Part shown: positions 59,336 through 64,000 of the stretch, one piece after another
How the letters are laid out: each line of letters starts with the position of its first letter
Numbering within the stretch: position 1 is the first letter of the stretch
Source: Lama guanicoe
Lineage: Eukaryota
Reading direction: 5' to 3'
DNA: 64,000 nucleotides
Assembly: GCA_013239625.1 (NCBI GenBank)
Contig: MU053379.1
Coordinates: 4,896,714-4,960,713, forward strand
Position numbers and translations under genes: made by a program
The notes under the pieces: model-generated
The model's database searches: none
What the model was told of the DNA's origin: nothing
Seen by the model: only the letters and a program-made list of their open reading frames with translations

Positions 59336-62300
59336 CTGGGCACAAGGAAGGGGGGTCAGTCAGGGCCGTGGAGGGCCAGAGCACAGGGCAGTTTGGGTGG
59401 AAGAATTCTGCAAACTGTAGCCCAGGCCCACCAGCCTGGAGGGGAACAGCCACTCCAGCACCTGCTGCGTGGAAGGCTCTTTCCAGAAAGCAGGCTGCCA
59501 CCCACACAGACTCGCAGCCATACTGCCAACGGAAACCAAGGGTCCTGCGTCCAGTGAAAGCAGGGCTCCTGCCCTAGGCTCTGGACACACCTGCCCTCAG
59601 AGGCCACTGGCCTCAGTGAGGCCCAGTCTTCTGGGTAAGCGCAGGTCTTGTGGGACAGGGGACCCCAACTCTGCGGAGCCGCAGTGGTTTGGGGAGCAGG
59701 GCCGGGGTGGTGGGAGGGCTGTGTTCTCCGCCAGCGCCGAAAGTGCGGGGGGCCTGAGACAACCCGGCCCCCGCCTCTCGCGCCCTCGAGGCCCCTGCCT
59801 CCACACCCGGGCTGATCGCGAGGCTCGGTCCGCCAACCTGAGCGCAGTATCCTCCTGAACAAGCTGACCGGATTGGGAGGCAGTGACCCAACTCAGCCCA
59901 CGCGGAGAGGGTGACAGTCAGCTCTGGAAACCAGGGACCTGGAGCAGAACCAGAAGAGGCAGAAAGCTGCCGGAGGGCAGAACACTAAGTTCAGCTCAAT
60001 CCTCACGTGGTCAGGTTCAACCCAGCTTGGCACATGATCAGCCACTCCCCATTTTCGCTGTGTGTTTTTTACTGTATTTGTTATTTAACAGAAAGAGCTG
60101 GTAACAAGGGCAGAGTGAGGCTGCCCCATCTGCGTGGATCCTCCCGCTGGCCAAGCCCACAGAAAGGGAAGGGGCAGCCGGGCAAGGGCCTCCAGGAAAC
60201 AGAGCTGGGACTGGAGCTGGGGGCTGGAGCTGGGGGTGTTGTGGAGCTGGGGGCGTGGAGCTGGGGGCTGGAGCAGAGGGTGGAGGAGGCAAGACCAGAG
60301 CAGATCACTGCTGTGTCAGCAGGACCCGAGGGGCCTTACCTGACAGACCCCCTGCTTTCCCTCCCCTCTGAAGTACCGGGTAACAGGGTCTGATGCTGAA
60401 ACCCCACCAAGTGGAAGAAGTAAATTCCTTGATGACCATGAGCACACAGCCCCCAGACCCAGGAAGCCTGGGCTGGATACTGGTGACCTGCGACACCGCC
60501 CTGTTAGCTCACATCAGCCACTCAGAGAACAGCGCACGAGGGGCCACAAGCCCTGGTCTCCCCTCCCTCGTGTGGCCTTGAAAGATGCTTTGCTGAAACC
60601 CCTCATGGAGTCTGGACGAGCTGCCCTGGACTCCTTGTCTGGCGCCTGCGATGGACGCTGCACTCTCCTTCCTCACAGCCCCGCACCAGCAGGCTGGCTT
60701 CACTGCGCACTCGGGTGGCAAGCAGACCCGAGTTTGGCTCAGTGACGGGGCGCAGCCTGGGCTCCGCGCAGACTCCTGCCTGGCAGGCACCGCGCCGCTC
60801 CAGCGGGACCCCATCTTTCTCCTTATGGCTTTCAGGAGGACCAAGGTGCTGCTCACTGCTGCCCCATCTGGGGCCCACTCGGGGCCCCGGCAGACGTCCA
60901 GTAGGGGTCATCTTCACCATCAGATGTCTTTGTTTGAAATTATTTTCTAAAATTACTAAAATCAGCTGGCTCACTTTGGTGGATTCCTAAGATGTTTAAC
61001 ATTCGGTTCCAGGCGCCATGGGGGTGAATAGGGCATCAGACAAAAGAAACGAGAGGGAAAGGGTCCCCCTGTGGCACAGCTCCCCGGAGTGAAGGCACAG
61101 CGGAGTGTGAAGGGCGCTTCTCACCTCAGCTTGGTGCCGAGTGGCTGAGGGCAGCAGGGGAACTTCCTGGAAAGGCTGGCTGTGGGGGGAAGGAGCAAGG
61201 CTGCAAAGGGAAAAGGGCTCCCTTCAGGGGCAGTAGGTGCCTGGTGGTCAGAGCTGGGCAGCTGGCCCAGAGCCCTGGGAAGGTCTGGAGAGCAAGCTGC
61301 AGTAGCCTGTGTGTTTCCTGCCATGTCAATTTTAAACGCCCGACACAGGCGGCCCACACTCCACGTGAGGTCACTAGCTGGTCGGCCAGTCCCACCTATG
61401 GAAGGGGACGCTAACCAGAGCTTCCCGGCACCACAGTCAGGGAGTTCATTTTTTAAATCCAGACTTTCCGGACTATCCATTTGTCTCCATTTAATTCTAT
61501 CGCAACTTCTACACATCTTTCCACCGAACCCATTATTTTTTTAAACTTGGATTTATCATTTTAAGCCTTTGCTTCTCATGAGCAATCTCCTCCAGACTGG
61601 AAAATAAGGTCAGCAAACCTAGGTCTTTAAATCACTGAAAAGTTAGTGTTCTTCAAGTGATCCAAATACTGCAAGTTCTCAAAAACTGTTCAAAAGCTGT
61701 TCTTGGGTATTTGTGACTTCTCAGACTTCCACAAACTGAAATGCTGTTTCTGTACCAAAAAGATAATTCAGCCCCTCGGTGGCCAGTACCCTGGGCTGTT
61801 GCCACCGGAAACACTGGCTTCCTCCTTGCCTGCAGAGTCTTTCCGAGAGACAGCGACATGCAGCGCTCTAAGAAACGAGCTCAGCAAAGCAAGCAGAGCT
61901 CTGTCGTCAAGCGCAGAGAAAGTCTATTTGCTACTCGGGCTCAGAGCAAGATATCTACTTTTGTCTGCAGTGTGGACCACTCAGGGCCAAGCCTTCCACG
62001 TGCATGCGTGCAAACAACCGGCACAGATACACAGACTGGCCCCGTGTGTATTCATGGTGCTGAACACCAGCAAAACGCTGCCTGGCCTCAGGACAAAGGA
62101 GACTTCTACAGCCAACCCTTAGGTCCGGCTGGGAACCACGTCAACCCAGTGCTAATCCGACCATAAGTGTGTGAACCAACTTGACTCCCGCCCGAGCTCA
62201 GACAAAAGAAAGGCACCTCTGCCCAGCTCGGTCCAAAACAGGACACATCTGGAAACAGTTCAGAAGAGACAGGAAGAAATACACTGTGCTTTTATTTATC

Positions 62301-62362
62301 TGTCTTCCAGTCAAAGCTGTTTTTCCATGGTTACTATTGAAAGTAAGTAAAGTAAGATGAGC

Positions 62363-62363
62363 C

Positions 62364-62399
<36 letters not shown>
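62363..62399. repeat. (TG)n(CG)n microsatellite
   Basis: About 13 TG units followed by (CG)4. Confidence 0.9.
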
Positions 62400-63677
62400 T
62401 GCTGCATTTAAGGAACAAATCGGGAACACACGACTTGTGTCCTTGCCACAATTGCTCTGACTCGCGGTGCTCACTGAACAGACACCGGCCAAGAGACCCC
62501 TCCCCCCAGCCCATCTGCCCAGTGAGAACCAGCTCTACTCAGGCGGGGACTGGGGCCTGTCCACTGCCTTCCTCCCAGGGTCTAGACCTCCGAGCTCAGA
62601 GGAGGTGCACAGCAAACATCTTGAATGGCAGGAACAGCTGGGCAGTGAGAAGGGACGAGAGCGCACAGGCACAGGGTGACCGGAGCCTCACCATGGGCGC
62701 CTGTCCACTCCGCACACACCTGCCGGCTTCCTGCAGCCGAGGGAGGGTCACACGGGCAGGAGACGTTGGGCCCTTCCAGAGAGCAATGGGCAGGGCCGCC
62801 CCACTCACAGGCCAACCCCAGCTACTGTCCTCTTCGCTTCATTCTGCCGATCAGGGAGGGAATCCAGGGCATCGCGTGGGTGTGAGGGTGGAAGGCCTGG
62901 GTGCCGAGCGGCGGGCAGGGTCAACGCCACGGTCCAGGCACAGGACTGGACAGGACACGTCGTCCCTGGGCAGACTCCTCCAGACTCGGGTATTCTCTTC
63001 GGTGAGCCGTTTCTGGACGGCGGAGACGGTGAGAGAAGAATGGATCTGCTTTCAGGAAGCGGGACCCGGCCAGAGGGACCCCTTCTCCAGGGAAGGCAGA
63101 GGGCAGGTGGGGCTCGCTGAGGGCCGGCAGGCTCGGGACCCAACGCTTCCATCCTGGCCGATGCCTCTGGCCCAAATATTACTGTAGCTGCTAAATCTGG
63201 TCTGAGGCGAGGACACCTGCTCACGCGCCTACGAACTGCCTCCAGGACAGACGCCCAGGAAATTCAGCTGAGCGGGCTCACAACCCAAGTATGAAATTCC
63301 TCCCACGTCATGACTGGGTCTCGTGACCATGGCTCTGAGCAGAGAGAAGCTGCCGGGACCCAGAAAGCAGGAGCCACACAGCAACACGAAGACGCTCAAG
63401 CTGCCACGGCCCAGAGGGCCCCGGACACACTGTGGGTTCCCAGGGAACAAGCAGAGCGCCGCTGCTGACGACAAGTCAGCGGGTGAACCTGGCATCACTG
63501 GGGCGCACGTTCTCTGTGCTCCTCACAGAAGACAAGGCGTTACCACGCTGTGGGACGTCCTGGAAAGCTCTGGACTCGGGAGTGGGTGCTTCCATGAACG
63601 CGATCTGACCCCCCCACACACCTCCAGGCCTTGCTGTCCCAAGCACAGAATGGCCGAATGGCCGGACCACCAGCAAG

Positions 63678-63960
63678 GTGGCTGGAAGGACTCCTGTGCT
63701 CCAAATGTCTGCGGAACCCTGACCCCAAAGATGACAGCAGTAGGACGTGGTGCCTCTGGGAGGTGATCTGGGCACGAGGGCGGAGCCCCCTGAGGGGGTC
63801 AGCCACCCCACAGAGTGCCCCCTTCCTTCCAGCTGTGAGGACACAGATAGAAGGCGTGGTCAGGAGGAGGGCCTCCCCCGCAGGAGACCATGCTGGCACC
63901 TTGGCCGTGGACTTCCAGCCTCCGCAACCGTGAGAAACACATTTCTGTGGTTTACAAGCC
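63678..63960 (+). mobile_element. MaLR LTR (MLT1A-like)
   Basis: GGTGCCTCTGGGAGGTGATCTGGGCACGAGGGCGGAGCCC...GCTGGCACCTTGGCCGTGGACTTCCAGCCTCCGCAACCGTGAGAAACACATTTCTGTGGTTTACAAGCC. Confidence 0.75.
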
Positions 63961-64000
63961 GGAACCGACTTCAGATGGGGCCAAATGTGCAGTCCCAGGC

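Noticed and set aside
60200-60280. GAGCTGGGG repeats resembling an immunoglobulin switch region
   Set aside because: Only about 80 bp with no Ig constant exons nearby; a simple degenerate repeat.
59336-64000. Search for ACSS1 exons 1-2
   Set aside because: No segment encoding the expected N-terminal sequence was found; this stretch is intron 2 and those exons lie beyond the window.

Overview
Mammalian, GC-rich genomic DNA containing the conserved CST7-APMAP-ACSS1 block. Three tRNA-derived SINEs resembling camelid Vic-1, and no Alu, Bov-tA or PRE-1 copies that I could see, point to a camelid genome (inference). CST7 (cystatin F, + strand, 4 exons, 14778-22912, 145 aa) is intact. APMAP (- strand, 9 exons, 44819-25959) has canonical splice sites and consistent exon phases. 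However, it carries an in-frame TGA at codon 223 in exon 6 (29650-29652), where orthologues have Arg, and a divergent, extended C-terminus. ACSS1 (- strand) is present as exons 3-14 (59335-48301, intact frame); exons 1-2 lie beyond the window. The rest is intron or intergenic sequence with old repeats (L1, MaLR/ERVL LTRs, MIR, MER53, a Tigger-type MITE nested in L1), two minisatellites and a near-perfect ~398 bp tandem duplication in CST7 intron 2. Most ORFs in the six-frame track are GC-content artefacts. I found no evidence for a wholly new gene system; the most notable signal is the apparently damaged APMAP. Repeat family names and orthologue comparisons are from memory and need database confirmation.
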